Positions 9,935 to 19,097 of a stretch of DNA of 64,000 nt are shown here, piece after piece. This DNA is from Candidatus Poribacteria bacterium. Lineage in GTDB: Bacteria; Poribacteria; WGA-4E; WGA-3G. The stretch's first letter is position 1. Each line of letters begins with the position of its first letter. Below the pieces are notes generated by a model. It saw only the letters and a program-made list of their open reading frames with translations. It ran no database searches and was not told the origin of the DNA. The translations under genes and the position numbers were made by a program. The DNA lies in the NCBI GenBank assembly GCA_965242965.1, contig OZ251518.1:3040001-3104000 (forward strand), given 5' to 3'.

Positions 9935-10072
9935 TGAAGTCGTTCCCTCTAGACGCGATTAGCACTTTAACTTTATCGCGTCAATGAAAATCGCAGCACC
10001 CGCGCGGTGAATCATAAATCGTTAAAAAGGGGTGGGATTCTTCAGAACCCTGCAATCCCTACGTTAGCCTAC

Positions 10073-11095
10073 CTACTCAATTTCATCCAACGCAACCGGT
10101 CGGTTTTCGCGCAACGATTGCCTCGCAGCGAAACCCATGACGACAGGCACACGTCCATCCTTACCTGTCACTAATGGCGGCGTATCTTCCCGGATGCAGG
10201 TAAAAAAGGCTTGCAATTCGGCAAGAAATGCGGGTTTATAGCGTTCTACGAAGAAATAGGGCGGCGAGGCAGCCCGCGTGCCTTCACTGCCACTAAAGGT
10301 GACAGTATCTGTCAACGGATTTGCCGCCGTTGCCATTCCCTTTGAGCCGAAGACTTCTACACGCTGGTCATAGCCATAAACCGCCTCTCGGCTATTGTCA
10401 ATCGTGCCGATGGCACCGTTGCGGAATTTCAAGGTGATGACAGCGGTGTCAATGTCGCCTGCTTCTCCAATGCTCGGGTCAACGCGCACGCCGCCGGTAG
10501 CGTAAACCTCGGTTACTTCATCGCCGATGAGATAGCGCGCCATGTCAAAATCGTGGATGGTCATGTCTAGAAAGATGCCGCCGGAGACTTTGACGTATTC
10601 AATCGGCGGAGGGCTCGGGTCGCGGCTAGTAATGCGCAGGATGTGCGGCTCACCGATTTCGCCGCCGACGACAGCCTCGCGTATCCGCCGGAAACTCGCG
10701 TCAAACCGGCGATTAAAACCTACCTGAAACTTCACGCCTGTCTTCTCCACGGTAGCCAGCGTCTCGTCAATCTGCGCGAGATCGAAGGAGATGGGTTTCT
10801 CGCAAAAGATATGTTTCCCTGCTTCGGCGGCTTCTTGGCTAATTTGGGCGTGCGTATCGGTTGAGGAGCAGATAAGCACCGCGTCAATCTGTGCATCGGC
10901 TAACAGGGTGGTGTAGTCGTCTGTCACCTTCGGCACATTGAATTGCGCGGCTAGGCTGTTGACGCTCCCCCGGTCTAAACTGCAAATGGCGACGAGTTGG
11001 GCATCAGGTATGTTTTGCGCGATGTGTTCAATGTGCAGTGTGCCGATGCGTCCTGCGCCGATAACGCCGACATTGATTTTAGCGGTTTGGTTCAT
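10073..11095 (-). CDS. iolG: Inositol 2-dehydrogenase
   Basis: GAGRIG, CEKP, GFNRRFD, ITSRDP, SGGIFLDMTIHDFD, YGYDQRVEVFG. Confidence 0.92.
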   Translation of the reverse strand: MNQTAKINVGVIGAGRIGTLHIEHIAQNIPDAQLVAICSLDRGSVNSLAAQFNVPKVTDDYTTLLADAQIDAVLICSSTDTHAQISQEAAEAGKHIFCEKPISFDLAQIDETLATVEKTGVKFQVGFNRRFDASFRRIREAVVGGEIGEPHILRITSRDPSPPPIEYVKVSGGIFLDMTIHDFDMARYLIGDEVTEVYATGGVRVDPSIGEAGDIDTAVITLKFRNGAIGTIDNSREAVYGYDQRVEVFGSKGMATAANPLTDTVTFSGSEGTRAASPPYFFVERYKPAFLAELQAFFTCIREDTPPLVTGKDGRVPVVMGFAARQSLRENRPVALDEIE

Positions 11096-11107
11096 CCGGT
11101 CTTTCTC

Positions 11108-13084
11108 CTAATTTGCGCGATGCGCATCGGTTTCAATATCGCGGATGAGCCGATAGACGCGTCCTGCTTCCCGGTTTTTGTCCAGAAACGCCTGATAACT
11201 TCGATAGGCATCCTCGATGAGTTCGTTGTAAAGGACAACGCGCACATTCTGTTCCGCCATAGTTCTCTTAGATCTCTCCTCTCGTTCGGTATCTGTCCAC
11301 TGCGAGAGAGGTTTTCCTACGATGCAGACAACCTCCACCGGTTCGTTCTTTCCGTTAGCGCGAACCAGTTTCCGGAGTGCCTCCCCGTACTTTTCAACCT
11401 GTTTTAACAGGTCATACTGATCCAATACCTGATCTGCACGTTTGAGTTCAATGATAACGTGCTTCCCCGAGGTCATCTTATACTTAATGTCAAAGCGGCC
11501 CCGTTTCTCTTCGTCGGAGAGCCCGGCATCAAGTTCCGCAAATTCTTTTTGGACGCTTTGCTCCATCAAGGGCGTTTCAGTGGCGCGGTCCCACGAGGGA
11601 TCGAGCAACCAGAGGTGCTCGTAGAGATATTCTTGAACAACTTTTTCCTTCGCGTTGTCTGCCACGTGTAGGTGCAGTGCCTCAATAACCCGGAGCCGTT
11701 CTTGAACGATGCGATAATACAGCGATGCCTCAATATCGTCCAATTCGGCGAAAATCTGGGTAACCGCGTCCAGATTTTCAGGCGTTATCCGCTCTAACGC
11801 CTCCAGTTCCCCTTTGTATTTGATATTCTCAAACGCTAAAACGCACTGTTGATAGAGCCCAACTTTATCCTCTTCGTCTAGGGTGAGTTGGCCAATCTTC
11901 CCAAACAGCGACTTTGCTTGTCGTCTTTCGTCGCGGTTCAGCCCTGCCAACCATTCATCAATGGCAGGCATCTGGCTGGCTTCTTTGGTGCCTTGCTCGG
12001 TACGCAGTGTTGTCCATTGACTCTGGATGTGTTTGAGTTCGCCTCTCACCCAATCTTGAAGGGCGCGGTATCTCGGGTCATCCTTGATAATCTCTTGCCG
12101 GTTCGTGGTAGCGATGTCCTCTGAATCATCCTGATCCAAGAAATCGGCATGGATTTCCCCGATGAGATATTTTGTGTAAAGCCCACCTTCGGAAAAATCT
12201 TCTAGGATATCCTCCTGCGCGAGTTTGCCGCGAACCATGACGACGATCTTGTTGAGGTTATCTTCGGCATCTTTGTCGTTGAGGTCTCCGGATTTTCCGA
12301 CGGTGCCGATCCAACCTGTTACGTTGTAGTCCACTGAGTCCGCTGTCAAGGTTCCTTCCCTTTCTTCTGCGTGTTCAAGCTTCTCTAATCTGCAAGATTG
12401 CTTATACTTCTCACTTTCATCGCCATAGTGCCACAGATATTGGAGTTTGTGGAAGTAGTCTCGATCTGCAATGGTAACAGACTCGCCATTAATTGCAACG
12501 TTGAAATTGTCAGTCCCGATGATACTGAACCGGCGCGCCAACCGCTTCCGCAAAGCCGAGGGAGCCTGGGAAACCCGCTTTTTTAAATCCGTCAGGATAA
12601 TCTGTGTTCCCTCTTCCTTAAGAGTTATCTTAGATTTATCCAGAGGCTTCGGGTGGTACGTACTCTCCTCTTGTTTCATTGCGGATTTAATGTCTTCTAC
12701 CGACATCTCAAAGCCGCTTATGGCCTTATCGGAAACTGTCTGGACTACAACAGTCTCGGCGATGGAAAAGAGGGAGAGTTTGCCGATGCCCTTGCGCCCC
12801 ATCACGGGCCGATTATACTTGGGAGTTTGGGCATCTTCCTTTTTGCGGCGTTCATAACCGACGTTGAGGTATTTCTCGTTAATATCGGTTTCGCTCATGC
12901 CGTGGCCATCGTCGGTGATGATGATTTTGTCCTGCTCAATGACAATCTCAACCGATGTTGCATCCGCATCCCAAGAATTCGCAACGACTTCCGACAGCAC
13001 AGCGGGGACATTGCTATAGAGGTTGAGGCCGAGATGGTTGAGGACGTTGAGACTCATGCGCATCTCATACTTGGGTTTATCCAT
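11108..13084 (-). CDS. GHKL (MORC-like) ATPase fused to a PD-(D/E)xK nuclease; probable HgiDII-like restriction endonuclease
   Basis: EVVANSWDADA, DDGHGM, GRKGIGKL, GT boxes; C-terminal RFDI...IIELKRA; overlaps the methyltransferase stop codon. Confidence 0.8.
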   Translation of the reverse strand: MDKPKYEMRMSLNVLNHLGLNLYSNVPAVLSEVVANSWDADATSVEIVIEQDKIIITDDGHGMSETDINEKYLNVGYERRKKEDAQTPKYNRPVMGRKGIGKLSLFSIAETVVVQTVSDKAISGFEMSVEDIKSAMKQEESTYHPKPLDKSKITLKEEGTQIILTDLKKRVSQAPSALRKRLARRFSIIGTDNFNVAINGESVTIADRDYFHKLQYLWHYGDESEKYKQSCRLEKLEHAEEREGTLTADSVDYNVTGWIGTVGKSGDLNDKDAEDNLNKIVVMVRGKLAQEDILEDFSEGGLYTKYLIGEIHADFLDQDDSEDIATTNRQEIIKDDPRYRALQDWVRGELKHIQSQWTTLRTEQGTKEASQMPAIDEWLAGLNRDERRQAKSLFGKIGQLTLDEEDKVGLYQQCVLAFENIKYKGELEALERITPENLDAVTQIFAELDDIEASLYYRIVQERLRVIEALHLHVADNAKEKVVQEYLYEHLWLLDPSWDRATETPLMEQSVQKEFAELDAGLSDEEKRGRFDIKYKMTSGKHVIIELKRADQVLDQYDLLKQVEKYGEALRKLVRANGKNEPVEVVCIVGKPLSQWTDTEREERSKRTMAEQNVRVVLYNELIEDAYRSYQAFLDKNREAGRVYRLIRDIETDAHRAN

Positions 13085-14231
13085 GGGTGTTATCCTCTAC
13101 ATGTTTTTGAATGCTTTCCCCGATAACGGTTGCAAGCCTGACAGGCACGGCATTCCCGATGTGGATACCTAATTGCGTCATTCTCATCGGGGCACCCGGC
13201 TCAAGAAATTCATAATGTTTCGGGAATGTTTGCAGCAGCGCGCCTTCTCGAATTGAGAGTGCCCGGTCTTGCTCGGGATGCCCGAATCTTCCACTACCGA
13301 AGTTATGAAACTGGGTTGTTATCGTCGGGGCGGGTGCATCCCATTCCATACGTCCATAAACCGACGTGTAAGTTTCTCCCGATTTCCTTTGGTGGCATGG
13401 CGCGCGGAGATGCGCATCCCAATCTTTCCATGTGCCGCCCGGTTTTGACTGCTTAATTCGTGCCTGATTCTTAGCCTCAAACTTTCTCGCGCGATGGAGC
13501 AAGTCGGCATCGGACACTTCCCCTGCCGCGATCGGGGGCAAATAATCTATGGTTTCCCGGACCGTCGGACAAGGTTTCAACGTTTCATAATCTTCTGCTT
13601 GGAGGAACGAGATCTCGGCTGCGCAGCCCGATGCGGCGCGCAAATGCGTTTTCGGGAGAAGCGAGATGTCGCACAAAGTGGAAGCAAGCAGCACCAGACG
13701 ACGACGCTTCTGCGGAACGCCATAGTCGGGACAGTAGACTAACTTTTGATAAACCGAATACTTGAGAGTTTCAAGTTTACCAACGAAATCGGCAAAAATG
13801 TCTTCCTTTCTAATAGGCGTGACATTCTCAAAGGCGACAATTTCAGGCTTAACTTCTTCGATTAACCGCCCGAAGTCATTGAGTAGTTCCCACTTCGTAT
13901 CCCGAGGCCGGGCTGTGTCTTTCCTGTATTTTCGCGTATGCACTGAAAAGGGCTGGCACGGGGCACACCCGACAAGCAGTTTAACATCGCCCGGTGGATA
14001 GCGGGCAGAAAGTTCGGGGCCCTTAACTTCACGAATATCTTTTTCGATAAACCTTGCCTTATTGTTTGTCTCAAAGGCATACCGGCACGTCGCATCAACG
14101 TCAAGGCCCGCTCGGACTTTTATGCCCGCTTGCTGAAGCCCGTACGTCAGGCCACCCACACCGCAAAACAGATCCACGGCGGAAATGGATATCGATGTGT
14201 TTCCTTTTTGCAATGCGCTCATGGCAATCAC
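13077..14231 (-). CDS. DNA (cytosine-5) methyltransferase
   Basis: DLFCGVGG, PCQPFS, FENV, YGVPQKRRR, REGALLQTFP, IGNAVP. Confidence 0.95.
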   Translation of the reverse strand: MIAMSALQKGNTSISISAVDLFCGVGGLTYGLQQAGIKVRAGLDVDATCRYAFETNNKARFIEKDIREVKGPELSARYPPGDVKLLVGCAPCQPFSVHTRKYRKDTARPRDTKWELLNDFGRLIEEVKPEIVAFENVTPIRKEDIFADFVGKLETLKYSVYQKLVYCPDYGVPQKRRRLVLLASTLCDISLLPKTHLRAASGCAAEISFLQAEDYETLKPCPTVRETIDYLPPIAAGEVSDADLLHRARKFEAKNQARIKQSKPGGTWKDWDAHLRAPCHQRKSGETYTSVYGRMEWDAPAPTITTQFHNFGSGRFGHPEQDRALSIREGALLQTFPKHYEFLEPGAPMRMTQLGIHIGNAVPVRLATVIGESIQKHVEDNTHG

Positions 14232-14272
14232 CTGTTGACAGAATATGCGAATTCAGGGAGAAACCCATAATA

Positions 14273-14301
14273 ATTATAGCACAAAACGCAACAATTGTCA
14301 A
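14273..14301 (-). promoter_or_regulatory. Consensus promoter of the R-M cassette
   Basis: On the minus strand: TTGACA, 17 nt, TG-c-TATAAT. Confidence 0.75.
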
Positions 14302-14328
14302 AACATGTTTTTCAATCACGCCCGCGCG

Positions 14329-15231
14329 TTATAGGATAGAATGCAAATACGCCAAATTCCGCGCAGCACTCTCACGAGGACTACCCATCCCCGGCAAGAC
14401 ATCCTGCTCCACAACAATCCAACCGTCGTAATTTTGCGCGCGCAATGCGGCGATGACAGCCGGAAAATCGACATCACCTTGCCCAAGCTCGCAGAATACA
14501 CCGTTGCCGACAGACGCGAAGTAATCCCACTTCTCTGCACGAGAACGCGCCGCAATCTCTGGATGGCAATCCTTGAAGTGGACATGCCAGATGCGTTCCG
14601 CATAGCGAGTGTAAAGTTCCAACGGTTCTCCACCGCCGAACCGATAGTGTCCGGTATCAAAGCACAAACCAACCAGCGTTGGCTCTGTGTTTTGCATCAG
14701 CCTGTCTACTTCGGCAGGTGTCTCTACATAGCCTGCGCAGTGTGGGTGAAAAACGGTGCGCAGGCCCGTCTCTTCTCGCACCATATCTGCGATATACTGG
14801 ACACCGTGAACGAAAATCGCCCATTCTTCCGAGGTTAATCCATGTTCGGGACGGATACGTCCGGCGTTGCGGGTTCGCCGTGGAGAAGTGCCGTTATTAT
14901 CTGAAAGCACGATGAAGGGACTCCACGGGTTATCACCTTCAACGGCTGCTAATAGCCGCGCGTACCGCAGTGCCTCCGCCGCGCCTTTGTCATGAAAACG
15001 TGGCTCGGCGAGGGACACCCCGACGAAGGCACCTAACAGTGATAATTCGCGCGCTTGGAGTTCGTTATACAGGGCTGCCGCGTCTGTCGGCATAAACCCC
15101 CAGTCACCGAGTTCGGTACCGCTGTAACCGATGGCGCGCATTTCGTCTAGCACCTGCACGTAGCCGGGTGCTTCGCCGGCTAAGTCAAATTCAAGGACTC
15201 CCCAAGAACATGGGGCGTTTGCGATTTTCAT
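14329..15231 (-). CDS. iolE: Myo-inosose-2 dehydratase (IolE-like TIM barrel)
   Basis: ANAPCSWG, GYSGTELG, FHPH..GYVET, CFDTGH, HVHFKD, ELGQGDVDF, VVEQD. Confidence 0.82.
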   Translation of the reverse strand: MKIANAPCSWGVLEFDLAGEAPGYVQVLDEMRAIGYSGTELGDWGFMPTDAAALYNELQARELSLLGAFVGVSLAEPRFHDKGAAEALRYARLLAAVEGDNPWSPFIVLSDNNGTSPRRTRNAGRIRPEHGLTSEEWAIFVHGVQYIADMVREETGLRTVFHPHCAGYVETPAEVDRLMQNTEPTLVGLCFDTGHYRFGGGEPLELYTRYAERIWHVHFKDCHPEIAARSRAEKWDYFASVGNGVFCELGQGDVDFPAVIAALRAQNYDGWIVVEQDVLPGMGSPRESAARNLAYLHSIL

Positions 15232-15311
15232 TTTTGTTGTTCCTAGCGGTGATTTGGCAACCGCTTGGCAGTGGACGTTGTCTTGTTAGGCTGTCTTGAC
15301 GTTGTCAAGCC

Positions 15312-15839
15312 TTACGGTTCTGTCGTGCTTGCGGGTGGTTGTTCGGGCCCTAAGACTTCCTGGAACCGGAGAGTCGGTGAAGCCGCGGGAACCTGCTGCC
15401 CAGACGTGCCACTCACACGATTCTCTGGTGTTCGCGGATGTGGGAGAGTCTCGGCGGAATCGCCGTGGTTCCCGTATTTAAAATGGTGCAGGTAAAACCG
15501 GATAGAACCAGCAACCCCCAGTTGTTCAGTCAGCACCTGCGCCCCAATTTCATAAATCTCAATATCTGTCATATCTCGCATTTCGCTTTGACTTGCGGTG
15601 AATCTGCGGGCTCTGGCGCGTTCTTCCTCTTGCCATTCTAGACGAGTTTGCTTGAGCCTTTCAACGCTGGTATCAATAGGTTCATCTTTCAGCCAATTGT
15701 GCCGGTCGGCGGTGTAATCGCCTGTCCCCGGTTTACACTGGCGGAGGAACCGCGTCGTTTCAGCAGCACCCAGTTTATTGAAAAGTGCCTCTAGCCCGCG
15801 TTCGTAGAGTTCAAGTGCTGTCATCTTTAATACGTTCAT
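15312..15839 (-). CDS. Putative antitoxin-like protein with an internally duplicated domain
   Basis: GGAGG RBS and ATG 15839. Two related units, MTALELYERGLEALFNKLGAAETTRFL..GDY and MTDIEIYEIGAQVLTEQLGVAGSIRF..GD, resemble small partners of PIN proteins. Confidence 0.55.
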   Translation of the reverse strand: MNVLKMTALELYERGLEALFNKLGAAETTRFLRQCKPGTGDYTADRHNWLKDEPIDTSVERLKQTRLEWQEEERARARRFTASQSEMRDMTDIEIYEIGAQVLTEQLGVAGSIRFYLHHFKYGNHGDSAETLPHPRTPENRVSGTSGQQVPAASPTLRFQEVLGPEQPPASTTEP

Positions 15840-15869
15840 TTTAGGTTGCCTCCTGTAACCAAATCTGGC

Positions 15870-16056
15870 AATGTTGCCGGTATCAATTGGCCCTCGACGG
15901 CGACGAGGAAATCTTTGATGTCGATCGAGCGCAAACGCGAGGAGATATCGCGCAGTGCCTGATTGACTTGACGTAGCAGATGGCAGCGGAGTGGTAATCC
16001 CCGTACGGGTCCCCGAGCTGCACCTGCAGTGTGTCAATCAGTTCGCGGCAGTTCAT
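15870..16056 (-). pseudogene. Frameshifted fragment resembling a phage head-tail adaptor N-terminus
   Basis: MNCRELIDTLQVQLGDPYGDYHS, then in another frame HLLRQVNQALRDISSRLRSIDIKDFLVAVEGQ. Confidence 0.35.
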
Positions 16057-16058
16057 GT

Positions 16059-17096
16059 CTATTCCTCTATCCAGATGTAGGTGGGCAAAGTCACTGCGGG
16101 GAACACTTCGTCGAGCAGGGCGTAGAGCAACGGATCGCCCTCTATCATCTTCTTTCGGTGCCACCTATCATGCTGGTTGTCGCCGTGAATATCATCAAAC
16201 CACTCTCCTGCACTCATAGCCCAGTATTCCCATTCGTTTGTCAGTGCATAGAGGTTGATGTCGTTATAATATCCCTCGCCTTTGAGTGCTTTCTGATAGG
16301 CGAGCGTATACGCCGTTTTCAAGCGCGTGCCCCAGTCGGGAAAGAGGTGCGGATTATCGTCAAACGCATCGTCTATGGCGTGCGCCATCTCGTGCACCAC
16401 CACACCACTACCCAGTGCTTCTTCGGGCGGATCGAGATAGCGATGATAGCCAATGCCGCCTACCGCCAAACGTCCGAAAGCACCGCCCATGTAAAAACCG
16501 GCGTAGAACGCGACTTTGCTCAACTCGTCTGGCAGATTTACATCGTGGACTCGGGAACCCACCAGCACATACCGAAATCCGTTTTCGGGCGACAGTGCCT
16601 GACGCAGCTCGGGTCGTTTCGATGTCATCGTCAAAAGAATCTGGCCCGCCACATACAGAAATTCATCGCGGACAGGGGCAGATCCAGTGCGTTCGGAAGG
16701 GGCGATAACTGCCATCCCGCCCGCATCGAGGTATTTATCGTAAAACTGCCGGCGATCCAACTGCTGACAGAAGTGGGTCGCGGGATATTCCCAAGGCACC
16801 GATACCGCCCAAGACGGCCCGACGCTGGTGTCACCGTTATCTAGCCAGTCTTGCAAAGCCTCGAGGTCTGCGTCCCAGGTACCCCACAGCGCGTCCTGAA
16901 TCTCCGGTGGTACTGGTGAGATGACCAGGTCGCTGCCGGTACCGGCTTTCACCTTGTCGTTAAGCGGTGCATCGGGCCAGAAGGTATCCTCCGGGGCAGG
17001 ATTGACGAGCAGTTCTGTGAGCATGCCGCGCTCGCCGTCAAAACACCCGGTGGTGAGGACGATGAACGTGAGCAGGTAAAACGTGAATCTTTTCAT
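16059..17096 (-). CDS. Lipoprotein with a zincin metallopeptidase domain (lethal-factor/Pro-Pro-peptidase-like)
   Basis: Lipobox LTTGC; VVHEMAHAID (HExxH); YALTNEWEYWA third-ligand motif; C-terminal DPLLYALL. Confidence 0.7.
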   Translation of the reverse strand: MKRFTFYLLTFIVLTTGCFDGERGMLTELLVNPAPEDTFWPDAPLNDKVKAGTGSDLVISPVPPEIQDALWGTWDADLEALQDWLDNGDTSVGPSWAVSVPWEYPATHFCQQLDRRQFYDKYLDAGGMAVIAPSERTGSAPVRDEFLYVAGQILLTMTSKRPELRQALSPENGFRYVLVGSRVHDVNLPDELSKVAFYAGFYMGGAFGRLAVGGIGYHRYLDPPEEALGSGVVVHEMAHAIDDAFDDNPHLFPDWGTRLKTAYTLAYQKALKGEGYYNDINLYALTNEWEYWAMSAGEWFDDIHGDNQHDRWHRKKMIEGDPLLYALLDEVFPAVTLPTYIWIEE

Positions 17097-17311
17097 GAGT
17101 GTTCCTCCTGTGCCGACGATAGTATCGGCGGATAGAATTTTCCATGCACGAGGGTGCCGCCGTGCTGTCCCTGTCCGAGTGTCACGCCGAAGTTGTCTCG
17201 CATAGAAACGATGTCAAAGTCAAAAACGTGTGCAAAGAGCATTGCGCACACTTCATTGTCGCCGAAGTAGGGCGCGTGCTGTAGCATCCAGTGCACGCGC
17301 GCCGGGTGCAC
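17093..17311 (-). CDS. Hypothetical protein fragment
   Basis: ATGA overlap with the peptidase gene; probably 5'-truncated. Confidence 0.3.
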   Translation of the reverse strand: MHPARVHWMLQHAPYFGDNEVCAMLFAHVFDFDIVSMRDNFGVTLGQGQHGGTLVHGKFYPPILSSAQEEHS

Positions 17312-17357
17312 TGCATGAAAATATTTTGCAGGCTAGAGCCACATACCGCATCTCAGC

Positions 17358-17432
17358 GTTCTCAACTCGGATGCGAAGTTGTTCATGGCAGCGTTTCACT
17401 ATGAATTTTCTGACTTTTAGATAGATTCGCAC
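17358..17432 (-). pseudogene. Remnant of a PIN-domain toxin gene
   Basis: In-frame VRIYL...KRCHEQLRIRVEN. The matching C-terminus QIWLQEAT* is at 15841-15867. A TTGACA-18-TATACT promoter lies upstream. Confidence 0.4.
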
Positions 17433-17633
17433 GCGTCTTGGCGCATGCCGTTTTGTTGTGAGTTCCCTATGGAGGCCGCCTGCTCAATTAGTATACTTTA
17501 ACCAGCGAACGTATGTCAAGACAAAAACAGTGCCTTTTTGGTTCTCGCCATTTTATGGCTCTGGGTAGGAAAGGCGGGGCGGATACAGCACTCCGCCCCT
17601 GACAAAAAGAGAACCGGCACAAGAACCATGCAG

Positions 17634-19082
17634 CTACGCCCACCGCTCAACGACAACCTTTTTCTGCGTGAAGAAGTCAACGGCATCCCAACTCTGTCCA
17701 TGCAAGTCGCCGAAGAAACTGTCTTTCCAACCGCTGAACGGGAAGAATGCCATAGGCGCGGCGACTCCGATGTTGATACCGATGTTGCCGATTTGCGCTT
17801 CATAGCGGAACTTGCGGGCGGCGTTGCCGCTGTTGGTGAAAAGGCACGCCATGTTACCATAGCGGCCGCTATTGATAAGCGCGATGGCATCGTCAATCGT
17901 CTCAACGTGAATGAGCCCTAGCACGGGACCGAAAATTTCAGTCTGTGCGAGAGTGCCTTCTGGACGGAGATTGTTGAGCACCGTGGGTCTGATGAAATTG
18001 CCATTTTCGCCGCCGGGAATGCTCGGATGCCTGCCGTCAACGAGGAGCTGCGCGCCTTCTTCCGCCCCGTTCTGGATGAGTCCCTCAATGCGCACGCGGC
18101 TTTCCGACGTGATGACGGGCCCCATCTCCACGCCTTCGTCTAATCCGTTTCCGACGACGCGGGAGGTAGCCGTATCGGCAATGGCCTCGGTGAACCAGTT
18201 GCGTGCATCGCCGACGGTGAGCGCGAGAGAGGCGGCGAGGCAGCGTTGCCCCGCGCAGCCGAAAGCACTCTCAGCAGTGGCCGTAGCAGTGAACTGCGGC
18301 TCGGCATCGGGTAGGACAATGAGCGGATTTTTGGCACCGCCTTGGCATTGGACGCGTTTGCCGTTGGCGGCGGCTTTGGCGTAGATTGCCTTCGCTGTCG
18401 CCGTCGCGCCGACAAAACTGACAGCGCGGATGTCCGGATGTGTTAAGATGGCATCGACAGTCTCTCTGCCGCCGTTGACGAGGTTGACAACGCCTTCGGG
18501 AAGCCCGGTCTGCTCAAGCAGGCGAAACACCTTTTGCATCGTGAGCGGCACCTTTTCGGAGGGTTTGACGAGCATCGTGTTCCCGCAGGCGATGGCATAA
18601 GGGAGAAACCAGAAGGTTATCATCCCCGGAAAGTTGAAGGGCGCGATGACTGCGCACACTCCAACCGGTTGCCGAATCATGAATTCATCAATGCCGGTGG
18701 CGATATCCTCAAGGTTTGTCCCTTGCATGAGCGTAGGGATACCGCAGGCGACTTCAACGTTCTCGATGGCGCGCCGCATTTCGCCTTTCGCCTCGTCAAG
18801 TGTCTTTCCGCATTCAAGCGTAATAGTGCGCGCAATGTCGTCCAAGTTCTCCTCAAGCAGATTTTTCAACTTGAAGAGGTATTGGATACGCTGGACAGGC
18901 GGCGTTCTGCGCCAGCTATCCAACGCGGCAGTAGCAGCCGCGACGGCGTGATGCACCTCTTCAGCCGGTGATAGAGGGACTTGAGTTAGCACTTCGCCGG
19001 TCGCGGGGTTCGTCACATCAAGCAGTTCGGCGGCTGCAGAAGTTTGCCACGTGTTGTTGATGTAGTTGGGAAGTGTTTGCAT
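17634..19082 (-). CDS. iolA: CoA-acylating methylmalonate/malonate-semialdehyde dehydrogenase
   Basis: [50 protein letters not shown]; inositol gene context. Confidence 0.9.
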   Translation of the reverse strand: MQTLPNYINNTWQTSAAAELLDVTNPATGEVLTQVPLSPAEEVHHAVAAATAALDSWRRTPPVQRIQYLFKLKNLLEENLDDIARTITLECGKTLDEAKGEMRRAIENVEVACGIPTLMQGTNLEDIATGIDEFMIRQPVGVCAVIAPFNFPGMITFWFLPYAIACGNTMLVKPSEKVPLTMQKVFRLLEQTGLPEGVVNLVNGGRETVDAILTHPDIRAVSFVGATATAKAIYAKAAANGKRVQCQGGAKNPLIVLPDAEPQFTATATAESAFGCAGQRCLAASLALTVGDARNWFTEAIADTATSRVVGNGLDEGVEMGPVITSESRVRIEGLIQNGAEEGAQLLVDGRHPSIPGGENGNFIRPTVLNNLRPEGTLAQTEIFGPVLGLIHVETIDDAIALINSGRYGNMACLFTNSGNAARKFRYEAQIGNIGINIGVAAPMAFFPFSGWKDSFFGDLHGQSWDAVDFFTQKKVVVERWA

Positions 19083-19097
19083 CGTGAGTTCCTTTTT

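Noticed and set aside
15868-17357. Intact prophage or IS element
   Set aside because: It is only about 1.5 kb, with no integrase, transposase, terminal inverted repeats or clear target duplication; it is kept only as a possible relic.
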